Positions 50,575 through 61,066 of a stretch of DNA of 64,000 nucleotides are shown one piece after another (position 1 is the first letter of the stretch; each line of letters opens with the position of its first letter). A program made the position numbers and the translations under genes. The stretch comes from an uncultured virus (IMG/VR IMGVR_UViG_3300031857_015429) (taxonomy: Duplodnaviria; Heunggongvirae; Uroviricota; Caudoviricetes). Location of the stretch: positions 1 through 64,000 of the IMG/VR virus record IMGVR_UViG_3300031857_015429, one strand, 5' to 3'. Below the pieces are notes generated by a model. The model was given only the letters and a program-made list of their open reading frames with translations. It had not been told where the DNA came from and searched no databases.

Positions 50575-51315
50575 ATGTCACAAAGAAAAAAACCATCTCC
50601 GCAAGCAACGCCTTCGGTGAGTGAGGAACCTTCAAGACCTCTAAATAAAAAAGACATCATTGGTAAAATCTTAAAAAAGAAGCCCAAAGAGAAGTTTTTA
50701 ACAGAAAATCAAAGAAAATATTTTGAGACATTAAAACATAACCAAATAACTATTTGTACGGGTCCTGCAGGTGTTGGTAAGAGTTTTGTGGCTATGAGCG
50801 CAGCTCTTAATTTATTATACGACCCTGATAATCAGTATGAAAAAATTATTATTGTTAGACCTGCGGTTGAGGCAGAAGAAAAGTTGGGAGCATTACCTGG
50901 TAACGTTGAGGAAAAATTAGACCCTTACATTTTCCCATCTTACTATCTGATGAATAAAATTATTGGTAAGGATGCTAGAGAAAAATTAAAAGAACTTGAG
51001 TTTGTTGAGGTGTTTGCCTTGGCCTATATGAGAGGTATGAACATTGACAATTCAATTTTAATATTTGAGGAAGCTCAAAACTCAACACCTAATCAAATGA
51101 AATTACTATTAACAAGGATTGGTTATAATAGTAAATTTTTCATATCGGGTGACTTGGAGCAGACTGACCGATACAAAGATAAGAAACAAACGGGTCTTTG
51201 GGATGCAATTCAAAAACTTAAGAATGTTAGTGAGATAGGAGTTTTTGAATTTGGTATGGAAGATGTTGTTCGTAACCCGTTAATCACTAAAATCTTAAAC
51301 AGATACGAGGAATGA
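50575..51315 (+). CDS. phoH: PhoH-family ATPase
   Basis: GPAGVGKS, VRPAVEAEEKLGALPG, LAYMRG, EEAQN, LLTRIG, GDLEQTD, DVVRNPL. Confidence 0.95.
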   Translation: MSQRKKPSPQATPSVSEEPSRPLNKKDIIGKILKKKPKEKFLTENQRKYFETLKHNQITICTGPAGVGKSFVAMSAALNLLYDPDNQYEKIIIVRPAVEAEEKLGALPGNVEEKLDPYIFPSYYLMNKIIGKDAREKLKELEFVEVFALAYMRGMNIDNSILIFEEAQNSTPNQMKLLLTRIGYNSKFFISGDLEQTDRYKDKKQTGLWDAIQKLKNVSEIGVFEFGMEDVVRNPLITKILNRYEE

Positions 51316-51905
51316 GATTTGGGATTGAGATAAATGGTGTGTTAAGAAATACATTAGGTAAGATAGAACAAACCTATCAAAAATTCTATATTGATAAGAC
51401 CGAAGGTATTGAGGATGAGGATTCGTTTGAATACAAAATAACCACACCAATAAATTCGTTAGAACTTAAAAATCATTTTGAATTCCAAAGTGACGAAGAG
51501 GTGTATTCATTTTTATATGAGGAATTCCCAATGGAAATATTTGGGCATTCTCAATCAACTGAATATACTACATTCAATGATTTAAATGATATATATGTCA
51601 ATTACAGAGATTACTTTGATTTCTTAATTGTTTCAGATGAAATTGGTAGGTCAAAACCCGCATCATTATTCTTCCTTTCAAAATTTGGGTGTCAATTAGA
51701 AAAAGTTAAATTCTATAGTAATTTAACAATTAATTCAATGTGGGATGAGGTGGATATTTTACTTACATCAAATCCCGCCTTATTATTAGATTATCCTGAT
51801 GGTAAAATTATAATAAAATATGAGACGGAGTATAACAAAGATATTCCTTGCATTCATACAATTAGCTCAATAAAAGAGTTGGAAAATAAAATTAAAGAAT
51901 TGTAA
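51312..51905 (+). CDS. 5'-nucleotidase/HAD-like protein with degenerate motif I
   Basis: RFGIEINGVLRN aligns to the 'IGIDIDGVL' pattern but lacks both Asp residues. Confidence 0.5.
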   Translation: MRFGIEINGVLRNTLGKIEQTYQKFYIDKTEGIEDEDSFEYKITTPINSLELKNHFEFQSDEEVYSFLYEEFPMEIFGHSQSTEYTTFNDLNDIYVNYRDYFDFLIVSDEIGRSKPASLFFLSKFGCQLEKVKFYSNLTINSMWDEVDILLTSNPALLLDYPDGKIIIKYETEYNKDIPCIHTISSIKELENKIKEL

Positions 51906-51907
51906 CT

Positions 51908-52174
51908 ATGTTAAAAATTTTAAATGAACATTATTATCTTGATTTAGATAAAATGGAGGAATTGGTTAATCTACCAAACTACTCAGAGTCTGGAAGTACA
52001 GAACAACATATCAGTGTGGTAAAATATGATATGTTAAAAATTATGGTTGATGTTCTATTAAGTGAAAGTGAAGATGTTGACGAAACATTAGGACCAAAAA
52101 GTTCTGAAATATCAATACCTTTTAAATTAGCATTTAATACACTAATAAACAAAAAAATAATAAATAAATATTAA
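51908..52174 (+). CDS. Hypothetical protein
   Basis: 88-aa ORF within the operon. Confidence 0.6.
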   Translation: MLKILNEHYYLDLDKMEELVNLPNYSESGSTEQHISVVKYDMLKIMVDVLLSESEDVDETLGPKSSEISIPFKLAFNTLINKKIINKY

Positions 52175-52178
52175 ACAT

Positions 52179-53243
52179 ATGAATCAAGAACAAATTTCAA
52201 AATTAGAGAGGTCTATCCAAAATATGAAGGATAAAAAATCTAAAATTTATCTTTTGGCTCAAGATACTAAAGGTAACGCCAAAGCATCTATTTCATACAT
52301 TTATAGGTTAGGATTAACGTTAATTAATTCTGGTTATAATGTAATTATGTTACACGAAAAACCCGATTATACAGGTGTTGGTGAGTGGTTGGGTAATGAG
52401 TACATGGAAAAAATACCTCATCAATCAATTGAGGGTCAAAACTTAGAAGTTTCACCCGAAGATTTTATTGTAGTACCTGAACTTTATGGGTTTGTAATGA
52501 GCCAAATCACAAAATTACCTTGTGGTAAAATTGTTTTATGCCAAGCTTATGACCATATTCTTGAGACATTACAGCCAGGTCAAACTTGGGGTCAATTAGG
52601 GTTCCATAAATGTATTACAACATCAGAAGAACAAAAAGAATACATTTCATCATTGATGAAGAATGTTTCAGTTGATGTTTTAGAACCTTATATTCCTGAA
52701 AAATTTTCTAAACCAAGTTTACCATCAAAACCAATAATCGCAATTAACACAAGAGAGCAAAGAGATTCTATTAACTTAGTTAAAAACTTCTATATTAAAT
52801 ACCCCCAATATAGATGGATTACTTTTCGTGATATGAGAGGATTAACTGAGAAACAGTTTGCGGATGGACTGAAAGATACTTGTTTATCAGTATGGATTGA
52901 TGAGACAAGTTCTTACGGTACATTCCCATTAGAATCAATGAAAACGGGTGTTCCTGTTATGGGATTAGTTCCTAACTTATTACCTAAGTGGTTGAATGAA
53001 AAAAATGGTTTGTGGGCTAATAATAAAATACAGATGGTTGATTTTATTGCGGACTATATCCAAAGTTGGCTTGAGGATAATATTGATGAAAATATTTTTT
53101 CTGAAATGGATAAAACTGTTTCTGAATTATCAACTCAAGAGCAGTTTGAAAGTACCGTTTTATCTTTATTTGAATCATACATCTCGGTGAGATTAGAGTC
53201 ATTTGAAGGTCAATTAATAAAAACAGAAACAATTGATGAATAA
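52179..53243 (+). CDS. GT-B glycosyltransferase-like protein
   Basis: DFIVVPE; C-terminal ETSSYGTFPLESMKTGVPV (E-x7-E donor-binding motif). Confidence 0.7.
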   Translation: MNQEQISKLERSIQNMKDKKSKIYLLAQDTKGNAKASISYIYRLGLTLINSGYNVIMLHEKPDYTGVGEWLGNEYMEKIPHQSIEGQNLEVSPEDFIVVPELYGFVMSQITKLPCGKIVLCQAYDHILETLQPGQTWGQLGFHKCITTSEEQKEYISSLMKNVSVDVLEPYIPEKFSKPSLPSKPIIAINTREQRDSINLVKNFYIKYPQYRWITFRDMRGLTEKQFADGLKDTCLSVWIDETSSYGTFPLESMKTGVPVMGLVPNLLPKWLNEKNGLWANNKIQMVDFIADYIQSWLEDNIDENIFSEMDKTVSELSTQEQFESTVLSLFESYISVRLESFEGQLIKTETIDE

Positions 53244-54057
53244 TATGGAAAATGTAGAAAAATTTGATGTATCGGTTATTTTACCGATTAAAACCAGTAA
53301 GGTACTTGGTTTTGAAGATTACTTTAAAAAATGTGTTGAGTCGTTGAAAATTCAAAATACTCAAATAAACGAACTTGTAATTGTTTACTGTAATGAAACT
53401 TCTCTTACCGAATATTTAAACGGATTTGATTTTGGTTTGTTAAATGTTAAAAAACTTGAGTGGACTGAAGAACCTAATTATGCCTCACAAATTAATTACG
53501 GTATTAAATCTTCAGAATCAAAATGGGTTTCTCTTTTTGAGTTTGATGATGAATACTCCACAATTTGGTTTAAGAATGTTAAAAAATATTCTGAATCATA
53601 TCCAGATGTTGATGCGTTTTTACCAATAGTTGTTGATACCGATGAAAAGGGATTATTTGCGGGATTTACAAATGAAGCGACATTTGCCGCTAACTTCTCA
53701 TCTGAAATGGGTATATTAACTAATGAAACTTTACAAGACTACCAAAATTTCCAAATGTCGGGAATGGTCATTAGAAAAAGTTCTTTCAGTGATTACGACT
53801 TAATTAAACCTTCATTTAAACTAACTTTTGGTTATGAAATGTTTTTAAGACTTACTCAAAAATCAGTTAAAATTATGTCAATTCCAAGAATTGGTTACAA
53901 ACACGTTAATTTAAGAAACGGCTCAATCTTTTGGAATTACAAAAATGGTAATGAACCATTAACTAATGATGAGATTAGGTTTTGGGTTGAGTCAGCAAAA
54001 AAAGAATACTTATTTGATGCCGATAGAAACATAAAGTATGAATCTCAAATTGTTTAA
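53233..54057 (+). CDS. GT2-like glycosyltransferase
   Basis: VSVILP, QINYGI, EFDDEY, IPRIGYKH. Confidence 0.7.
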   Translation: MMNNMENVEKFDVSVILPIKTSKVLGFEDYFKKCVESLKIQNTQINELVIVYCNETSLTEYLNGFDFGLLNVKKLEWTEEPNYASQINYGIKSSESKWVSLFEFDDEYSTIWFKNVKKYSESYPDVDAFLPIVVDTDEKGLFAGFTNEATFAANFSSEMGILTNETLQDYQNFQMSGMVIRKSSFSDYDLIKPSFKLTFGYEMFLRLTQKSVKIMSIPRIGYKHVNLRNGSIFWNYKNGNEPLTNDEIRFWVESAKKEYLFDADRNIKYESQIV

Positions 54058-54803
54058 TGAGCGAAAAAAATGAACTGTCAGAACAATCAAATGAGGTAAA
54101 AAAGAAAGGTAGAAAACCAAAACAATCAAATTATTTTGATGTACAGGAAGAAATGGCGGTTATAGATTTTTTAACCGCCAAAACTTACGAAGAAAAAAAC
54201 AAAATTTATAATGATTTTTTGAGAAAACCTTTAGATAAAATGATATCGTCAATTATTAGACGGTATAAGTTATACAGAAAAGATATGGATTTCTATGAAA
54301 TACATATAGATACCCATTCATTTTTAATGACTAAAATTGAGAAATTTAAACCTTCTAAAGAAAAAAAGGCCTATTCTTATTTTGGTACCATATGTAAAAA
54401 CTATTTAATGGGTCAAATCATAAAGGACCAAAAGGAAACAAATAGAAAAATTTCATATGAAGACATTTCAAGTGACTTAGAAAATAGTGAACAGTTTTCT
54501 TATTCCCTTGATAAGGATACTATAGATTATAGCAGTGTTATTAATAAATTTTTAATTGAATTGGATTTATTCATTAAAAATGAAAAATTGTCGGAGAACG
54601 AGCATAAATTAGGAATGGCCCTATATGATTTGTTTGATAATTATGAAAGTATTTTTATTGGGAATGATAATAATAAATTTAATAAAAACATTGTTTTATT
54701 ATCTCTTAGAGAAATGACAAATTTATCAACAAAAGAAATAAGAAGTTCAATGAAAAAATTCAAGGTTATTTATTTAAACCTAATCCAAAATATGGTTAAA
54801 TAA
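54057..54803 (+). CDS. Phage late-transcription sigma factor (T4 gp55-like)
   Basis: KQSNYF and the region-2-like KIEKFKPSKEKKAYSYFGTICKNYL, comparable to gp55-type F-x-P-x-K...AYFT. Confidence 0.6.
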   Translation: MSEKNELSEQSNEVKKKGRKPKQSNYFDVQEEMAVIDFLTAKTYEEKNKIYNDFLRKPLDKMISSIIRRYKLYRKDMDFYEIHIDTHSFLMTKIEKFKPSKEKKAYSYFGTICKNYLMGQIIKDQKETNRKISYEDISSDLENSEQFSYSLDKDTIDYSSVINKFLIELDLFIKNEKLSENEHKLGMALYDLFDNYESIFIGNDNNKFNKNIVLLSLREMTNLSTKEIRSSMKKFKVIYLNLIQNMVK

Positions 54804-54829
54804 AATTTTTAGATAAATATTTATATACT

Positions 54830-55201
54830 ATGGGAAGACCACCAAAAAAAGAAATTAATTTAACCAAAGAATCAATTTTGTCATTGATGCAAGAAATTTA
54901 CAATGAACTTGTAGAACAGAGAAATACTGCCATCAGAATTCAAAATAAAATGTTAACAATGATGAAGGACCCTGAAGATATGACTTTAATAGGTCCTGTT
55001 ATTGAAAAACAACAAAAAATTATCAATGACTGTGTGGAAAAAAAATTATCCTTATCTAAGTTACAAGCAAGTATTTGGGAGAAATCAAATAACACTAGTG
55101 AAAGTTTTTCATTGTCAGATATTGATATGGATGATGAGATGATTAAAAGTTTAATTGACAAGGATGTTAATACTGGTGGAGGGTCATATAAAATGAAATA
55201 A
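54830..55201 (+). CDS. Hypothetical coiled-coil protein
   Basis: 123-aa ORF preceded by TATTTAT. Confidence 0.6.
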   Translation: MGRPPKKEINLTKESILSLMQEIYNELVEQRNTAIRIQNKMLTMMKDPEDMTLIGPVIEKQQKIINDCVEKKLSLSKLQASIWEKSNNTSESFSLSDIDMDDEMIKSLIDKDVNTGGGSYKMK

Positions 55202-55209
55202 TTTAAATT

Positions 55210-57126
55210 ATGGCGTCTATTGACATTAGTGCTGATTACGAAAAATTACAAACTGAGGTTGAGTCCACTAAAGCGTACAAAAACCTAAAAAAAAGGTATG
55301 ATGATGCATCTAAAAAATATGGGTCTTCTTTTGAAAAAAGAAAGGACTCTATTACAGGTCCTTTAGACTCATTTTCCGCCAAGACTAAATCTTTTCAGAG
55401 AAAAGTCAAATCTCAATTTGACCATTTATTAGATATAAATGAAGTAACGGGGTCTAATTCATTACAATACGTTAAAAAAAAATTAATACAAACAGTTAAA
55501 ACTATTGAACCTAAAATTTTAGAAATTTTATTTGAAGAAATTTTAACTGCGGTGGGTTGTGACCAACAACAAACTTACGTTGCGGAAAGTCCAATATTAA
55601 TCAGTGTTGCCTCAATAGATTTAGGGGGCATTTTAAAAATTGACCCTAATAGTAAAGTTGGTAAATTAATTTACGAAAAAAATAGTGTTGTTATTCAAAA
55701 CAAACCATTTGCGATGAATAAAGAACTGTATAACGTGACTCAAAACACAAACCCGTATTCGGTTGTTCATTCTCAATTTTATAAAGGAGATTCAAAACAA
55801 AATTTGTTTGACATTGAATTTTTAGAAATTAACCCTATAACAGGGATTGGTGGTGGATGGTTTAAAGTAACCCCAAAAGCTAGAATTGCGAATATTAACG
55901 CAGTTGATGTTAATCAAAATTTAGTTGGTCAGTTTGTTCAGGATTATTTAAACACAATCAAACTATTTGACGGTCACAATGTTTATGCTTGGTTAATAGA
56001 TTTTTTAACAGGTGCAATTTCAATAAAGAAAAAAGATAGTGACTCTCAAATAGGAGACAAATCTTGGCTTAGTTTAAAAGTCCAACGAATGTTAGGTTTA
56101 TGTTTTGATAATAGGACTGAAATTGATGTTAGTGGTAATGCTAAGATTTCACAATCTGACGGTATTGATAATTCTTTTTTTGAGTTGGATGATATAGAGT
56201 TAAGGGAAATCGCTCAAAAAATTTCTAATGTAAAAAATGGAGTGATTGAGTTTGAGGATTGTGATAATGTTAAGGTACCAGTTAACACTGAAGGGTTATT
56301 AGATGAATTAGATAAGTTAACCTATGTCCAAGATGAGGATTTTATTAACACTGCCGATAGTTTGAGTGATATGGTAGTTTCACCAACAAGTGATAATAAA
56401 CCAGGGTATGATATAATTGATAAAGATTTCATAAAACAACTATTAGCTGGTTTAGTGGGAGCATTGTTATCCCCAAAAATTTTACTACCAATATATACTA
56501 TGATTAAAGCTATTGGTAAAACAATTGACGATACTATAGACAGTTTTGAGAAATTTTGTAAATTTTTTAAGAATTTCTCTATTAATTTAATCACCAAAAT
56601 AGGGGCGGTATTTGTTGAGGAGCTTTTTAATATTATTAAAAGAGATATTAAAAATTTAATTTTAAGTGTAATTAAAGACATTACAAAAGAAAAACTAGAT
56701 AAAAGAACTAAAATGATTCTAAGATTAGTTAAAATACTTTTAACCGTTGCTGATTTAGTAAAACTTATTTCTGATTGGAGGAAATGTAAAAGTGTGGTTG
56801 ATGAACTTCTAAGTATTATTCAAACGTGGACTACGGGAGTTCAATTAATACCATTCCCAATTTTATACACGGCAAGGCTTTTGGATGGTTATTCGGAAAC
56901 AAGAGCATTTATTGGGACAATTAGTGAATTACAAAAGATTGGAATACCGACAGGCGATATGCCAGATGGTAGTCCTAATTTAACTGTATTATCAATGTTC
57001 TCACAATTAAAAGCATCATCAAATGAAGAAAATGAAAATGGTAAGGTACAAGTTGCTTTAGGTCCGTTAACTATAACACCCGCAGGATTTACTGTACCAG
57101 CAAGTGCATTTGGAAAAAAAATATAA
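55210..57126 (+). CDS. Hypothetical protein (probable baseplate-associated)
   Basis: 638-aa ORF upstream of the gp5-like gene. Confidence 0.55.
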   Translation: MASIDISADYEKLQTEVESTKAYKNLKKRYDDASKKYGSSFEKRKDSITGPLDSFSAKTKSFQRKVKSQFDHLLDINEVTGSNSLQYVKKKLIQTVKTIEPKILEILFEEILTAVGCDQQQTYVAESPILISVASIDLGGILKIDPNSKVGKLIYEKNSVVIQNKPFAMNKELYNVTQNTNPYSVVHSQFYKGDSKQNLFDIEFLEINPITGIGGGWFKVTPKARIANINAVDVNQNLVGQFVQDYLNTIKLFDGHNVYAWLIDFLTGAISIKKKDSDSQIGDKSWLSLKVQRMLGLCFDNRTEIDVSGNAKISQSDGIDNSFFELDDIELREIAQKISNVKNGVIEFEDCDNVKVPVNTEGLLDELDKLTYVQDEDFINTADSLSDMVVSPTSDNKPGYDIIDKDFIKQLLAGLVGALLSPKILLPIYTMIKAIGKTIDDTIDSFEKFCKFFKNFSINLITKIGAVFVEELFNIIKRDIKNLILSVIKDITKEKLDKRTKMILRLVKILLTVADLVKLISDWRKCKSVVDELLSIIQTWTTGVQLIPFPILYTARLLDGYSETRAFIGTISELQKIGIPTGDMPDGSPNLTVLSMFSQLKASSNEENENGKVQVALGPLTITPAGFTVPASAFGKKI

Positions 57127-57128
57127 TT

Positions 57129-57341
57129 ATGGTAACAACTAAAGATACTGAAAAATTATTAGAAATCATTAAAGACCTTAATAATCATTCAAATAAGGAT
57201 TTAATTTTTGCTATGGATTTACTAAACAAAGATTTTACACATACTAAAGATACGTTAATAAAATTAACATATCATTTAGATAAGTTAGAAGAAACCTATA
57301 ATGTTGTATTAAAGGAATATCAAAAAAGAACCAATACTTAA
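57129..57341 (+). CDS. Hypothetical coiled-coil protein
   Basis: 70-aa coupled ORF. Confidence 0.55.
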   Translation: MVTTKDTEKLLEIIKDLNNHSNKDLIFAMDLLNKDFTHTKDTLIKLTYHLDKLEETYNVVLKEYQKRTNT

Positions 57342-57347
57342 TAAAAA

Positions 57348-58982
57348 ATGGATACTAGTCAAATAGAAAAAATAGTCTCAAATTATTTGAGAAAACTTAA
57401 TTTAAGTCAAATTATTTTTCCTGGTATTGTTTACGATGACCAAGACCCAATGATGTTAGGTAGGTTACGAGTTGTTCCTGAAACAAAGGCATATAGAGAT
57501 ATTATTGACTCTATTGCTGATTGGGATGAAGAAAAAGATAAATGGACATCAAAAGACCCAGTTTTATTTTTACCATTATTACCATTTTTTATTAGTCAAA
57601 CCCCTAAAAAAAATGAATACGTACACATAATGTACTATAATAAGGAGTTCCCTTATACCAACCAATTCTATATTCAAGGACCATTTTCGTCACCAATGAC
57701 ATCACCGTTTGAGAATTTTCAGGGCGCTAAAAAGTTTTTGGGTACTGGTGATAGAATACAAGACAGTATATCCATTAAAAATCAAGATGGTACATATAAA
57801 CAAGATTTTAGTAAAGGCGTATTTCCTGAGCCAGGTGATAACTCTTTATTAGGTCGTGGGACTGCGGATATTATTGTTAAAGAAAATGATGTTTTAATTA
57901 GAGCGGGTAAAACAAAAAAATTAAGTAAAACTGAATTACCTGTTGCCAACACTAAAAGAGCGTTTTTACAATTGTCAACATTTGGTCAAGAAAAAGTGGC
58001 TCAACCAGAAGAAAAAGTTGCATCATTTATTGAGGTTCCGAAAGTTGTGAAAAAAATGGTTGTATGGGACATATCTAATTTAGAGAATACTCAAAACGCA
58101 TTTAATGGTTCTGTTAGTATCTATAACGTACTACCAAGTAAAGAAGTTAACACCCAAAATTTTAAATACGATACTATTACTAAAATATCTATTGGAACTA
58201 ATTATGTTGGTCCTATAGAAAAATTTGAATTTAACGCTAAAGGGATTGATGAAATAACGACAATAATAAATAACGTGATACAAGGAGTTGTTATTGGTAA
58301 TTTAAACATTTCAGGATATACCACAAACTCTCAAACAAATGTTGACCCTAAAGAATCTTTCCCATTTATAGTAACACCTTCTAAACTAACTTACGAAACG
58401 GGATGGGGTCAAAGATTTACTGTCATAAGTACTAATCAAGATATAAATGAAATAAAGAATTACACTAATTTTATACAAAAAATAAAGCCAATAACTGATG
58501 ACACAAAAAAAGGTTTTTTCTTAGTTTGGGATAACAAACAAGGTCAACCTGTTATTGGTGTACAACAGGAATTAAAAATTGGTAAGGTGACACCATTTGA
58601 GACTTTGAATAGGGATGTTACTTATGGGGTCTTAGGGGGTCAAAAATTATACTTACTATCTCACGATTCAACAGGACCTAAAGGTACTATTGACTTACAA
58701 AATACTCTTTATGGTATACCTCAAGACAATTTTATTGGGGGTACGGGTTCTAGTGGTACTGAGAATAGTATCTTCCAAAAAACGTACCCAACAGTAAGGG
58801 GTGATGAGTTAATGAAATTATTAATGAAAATTTTTGATTTTGTCACAGGTCACGTACATCCTATTGCAACAATGCCACCAGTTCCTGTTTCATCAGGTAA
58901 TGGCCAAACAACTGCGGAGATACTTGCAATATTGGCGGATTCACAAAATACTATCTTAAATCAAAATATTAGAATTAATTGA
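57348..58982 (+). CDS. Baseplate central spike (gp5/gpV-like)
   Basis: N-terminal OB-fold signature [17 protein letters not shown]...PKKNEYV; C-terminal VRGDEL...HVHP (HxH metal-binding tip). Confidence 0.7.
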   Translation: MDTSQIEKIVSNYLRKLNLSQIIFPGIVYDDQDPMMLGRLRVVPETKAYRDIIDSIADWDEEKDKWTSKDPVLFLPLLPFFISQTPKKNEYVHIMYYNKEFPYTNQFYIQGPFSSPMTSPFENFQGAKKFLGTGDRIQDSISIKNQDGTYKQDFSKGVFPEPGDNSLLGRGTADIIVKENDVLIRAGKTKKLSKTELPVANTKRAFLQLSTFGQEKVAQPEEKVASFIEVPKVVKKMVVWDISNLENTQNAFNGSVSIYNVLPSKEVNTQNFKYDTITKISIGTNYVGPIEKFEFNAKGIDEITTIINNVIQGVVIGNLNISGYTTNSQTNVDPKESFPFIVTPSKLTYETGWGQRFTVISTNQDINEIKNYTNFIQKIKPITDDTKKGFFLVWDNKQGQPVIGVQQELKIGKVTPFETLNRDVTYGVLGGQKLYLLSHDSTGPKGTIDLQNTLYGIPQDNFIGGTGSSGTENSIFQKTYPTVRGDELMKLLMKIFDFVTGHVHPIATMPPVPVSSGNGQTTAEILAILADSQNTILNQNIRIN

Positions 58983-59004
58983 TATTTATATATAAAACGT
59001 ATAA

Positions 59005-60465
59005 ATGTCAATCAACAATTCATTCTTCAGTAGAAACAATACTATAATTTACAACAGTTTTGTTAATACAGGTAGAAACCCTGTAACAGAACTTTTTTAT
59101 GGTTCAGTAATCTCAACTCAGTATCCTAACAATTATAGTCGTTTTATATTTGATTTGGATTTGACTCTTTTAAAAGAAAAAATTGCTGATGGTACGATAT
59201 CAACAACTTGTACTGACGATATCAAACATACTTTAAGAATGGTTAATACCTCAACATTCAACGACCTATTAAATACAACAACATCTCAAAGTAGAATGAG
59301 AGCAACATCTTTTGATTTGATTTTGTTTAGAATCCCATTTATAAATGATGACCCTAATTTACCACAATTATGGGATGAAGGTGTGGGTTACGATTATGCG
59401 GACCTAATTTACGAAATTAAAAATGATAAAAATTTTTCAGACAGACCATCCAATTGGTATCAAACAACAACTATTGGGGTTTGGACTGAACCAGGTATTT
59501 ACAATAACAAAAATAATGGTAATGTGAATTATTCAGGTTTAACTATTGTTGATATACAACATTTTGAATTTGGTAATGAGAACATCAGTTTTGATATGAC
59601 TGATGAGATAAACTCAATATTAAATGGTTCATTAAATAATATTTCAGGATGGGGGGTCGCCTTTAAACCTCAAGTTGAAAATTTAACGGGTTTAACAGAA
59701 AATTATGAGGTTCAATTTTTTACTCGCCATACTCAAACATTTTATGAGCCATATTTAGAAACTTCTTATAATGATTTAATTGAAGATGATAGGAATTTAT
59801 TTTCTCTTGGTAAAACAAATAAACTTTATCTTTATTTATTTGATAATGGAAATCCAATTAACTTGGATTTTACTCCAAATGTTGATATTCATGACTCTTC
59901 TGGTAACCCAATTGATGGGTTAACGGGATTAACAACTTGTCAAAAAACCAAAGGTGTTTATGAGGTTATAATACCTCCACTTATAGGTTATAAAACACCA
60001 TGTACATTTACCGATAAGTGGTACAATTTAAAACTTAATGGTTTTACTTTACCGACTATCTTTAATGAATTTACACTATTACCATTAAAAAGTTCAATCC
60101 AAATTGGTACCTCCTCAGTTGACCCTAAATTATATGGGTTTGATTTTTATGGTATTAAACAAGATGAAAAAATATTTAACACTGATGTTAGAAAAGTTGG
60201 TGTAATTATTAAACAGGCGTACTCAACTAAAAAATTATTACAACATATTGATGCTAGTTATAGGGTTTATGTTAGGGAAGGTCAAACCGAAGTTCAAGTT
60301 CAGGGTTGGACCTCAATTAATAGAGCGCCAAATGAATATTATTTCATTTTTGACACAAGAGATAAAATACCTAACGAATATTATATTGATATAAAAGTGA
60401 TTAGTAGTGGTGAAGTTAATACTTATAAACAACAAATAAAATTTCAAATAATAAACTATAAATAA
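59005..60465 (+). CDS. Probable structural protein (beta-rich, Ig-like C-terminus)
   Basis: 486 aa; NTGRNPVTEL, YSRFIF, WDEGVG, FFTRHT...PYLE; preceded by TATTTAT. Confidence 0.55.
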   Translation: MSINNSFFSRNNTIIYNSFVNTGRNPVTELFYGSVISTQYPNNYSRFIFDLDLTLLKEKIADGTISTTCTDDIKHTLRMVNTSTFNDLLNTTTSQSRMRATSFDLILFRIPFINDDPNLPQLWDEGVGYDYADLIYEIKNDKNFSDRPSNWYQTTTIGVWTEPGIYNNKNNGNVNYSGLTIVDIQHFEFGNENISFDMTDEINSILNGSLNNISGWGVAFKPQVENLTGLTENYEVQFFTRHTQTFYEPYLETSYNDLIEDDRNLFSLGKTNKLYLYLFDNGNPINLDFTPNVDIHDSSGNPIDGLTGLTTCQKTKGVYEVIIPPLIGYKTPCTFTDKWYNLKLNGFTLPTIFNEFTLLPLKSSIQIGTSSVDPKLYGFDFYGIKQDEKIFNTDVRKVGVIIKQAYSTKKLLQHIDASYRVYVREGQTEVQVQGWTSINRAPNEYYFIFDTRDKIPNEYYIDIKVISSGEVNTYKQQIKFQIINYK

Positions 60466-60474
60466 GAAAATAAA

Positions 60475-61062
60475 ATGCCAAATTATAATATAGAAAATTG
60501 TGCTTCAGGTGATACTTACGTAGTTAGTGCAACATCATTATCGGTAGGTGAAGTTGTTTCATTTTTTATTGGTGAAACTTCGTTATGTGGTACTGTATTA
60601 GGGGTGACTTCAGACCCTATTACACCATTGAGTTTGTATAACGTTAGTCATACTGACTGTTTAAATTGTTACCAAGAAAATGATAAATCATTTTTAGTGA
60701 GAGCTTGTACCAATCCTGAATTAGAAGGACCAGTAAACGCGATTTATTTTTCACAAAACCCTATAGGTAGATTCTCAACTATTGAAGGTCCGTTTTGGGA
60801 AGGTTCTTTATGTTTTGAAATTTTAGGGGTGTTGGATACCTTGTTTGAAGCGACATTTATTGTGAGTGGTTATTATGATGATTGTGGTTGTCAAGATAGA
60901 ACCCCAAGAAGCGCAAATACTGAAACGGTAATATGTGTTATATGTAGCGGAGAAACAAGTACTGTAACTCCCCCACATGCGGTTTATACCGATGCTCAAG
61001 GTATTGCGGTTACCCAAATGAATACGGTCGTTTTAGGAGGACCCGATGGTTTAAATAGTTAA
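60475..61062 (+). CDS. Cys-rich probable decoration protein with shared C-terminal module
   Basis: Two small Cys domains, then PRSANTE...CVIC...PHAVYTD...LGGPDGL. Confidence 0.6.
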   Translation: MPNYNIENCASGDTYVVSATSLSVGEVVSFFIGETSLCGTVLGVTSDPITPLSLYNVSHTDCLNCYQENDKSFLVRACTNPELEGPVNAIYFSQNPIGRFSTIEGPFWEGSLCFEILGVLDTLFEATFIVSGYYDDCGCQDRTPRSANTETVICVICSGETSTVTPPHAVYTDAQGIAVTQMNTVVLGGPDGLNS

Positions 61063-61066
61063 TATT

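Noticed and set aside
38156..54057. Bacterial O-antigen/capsule locus or prophage-host junction
   Set aside because: No flippase, polymerase or exporter genes; the genes are interleaved with dut, phoH and the phage sigma factor and flanked by virion genes.
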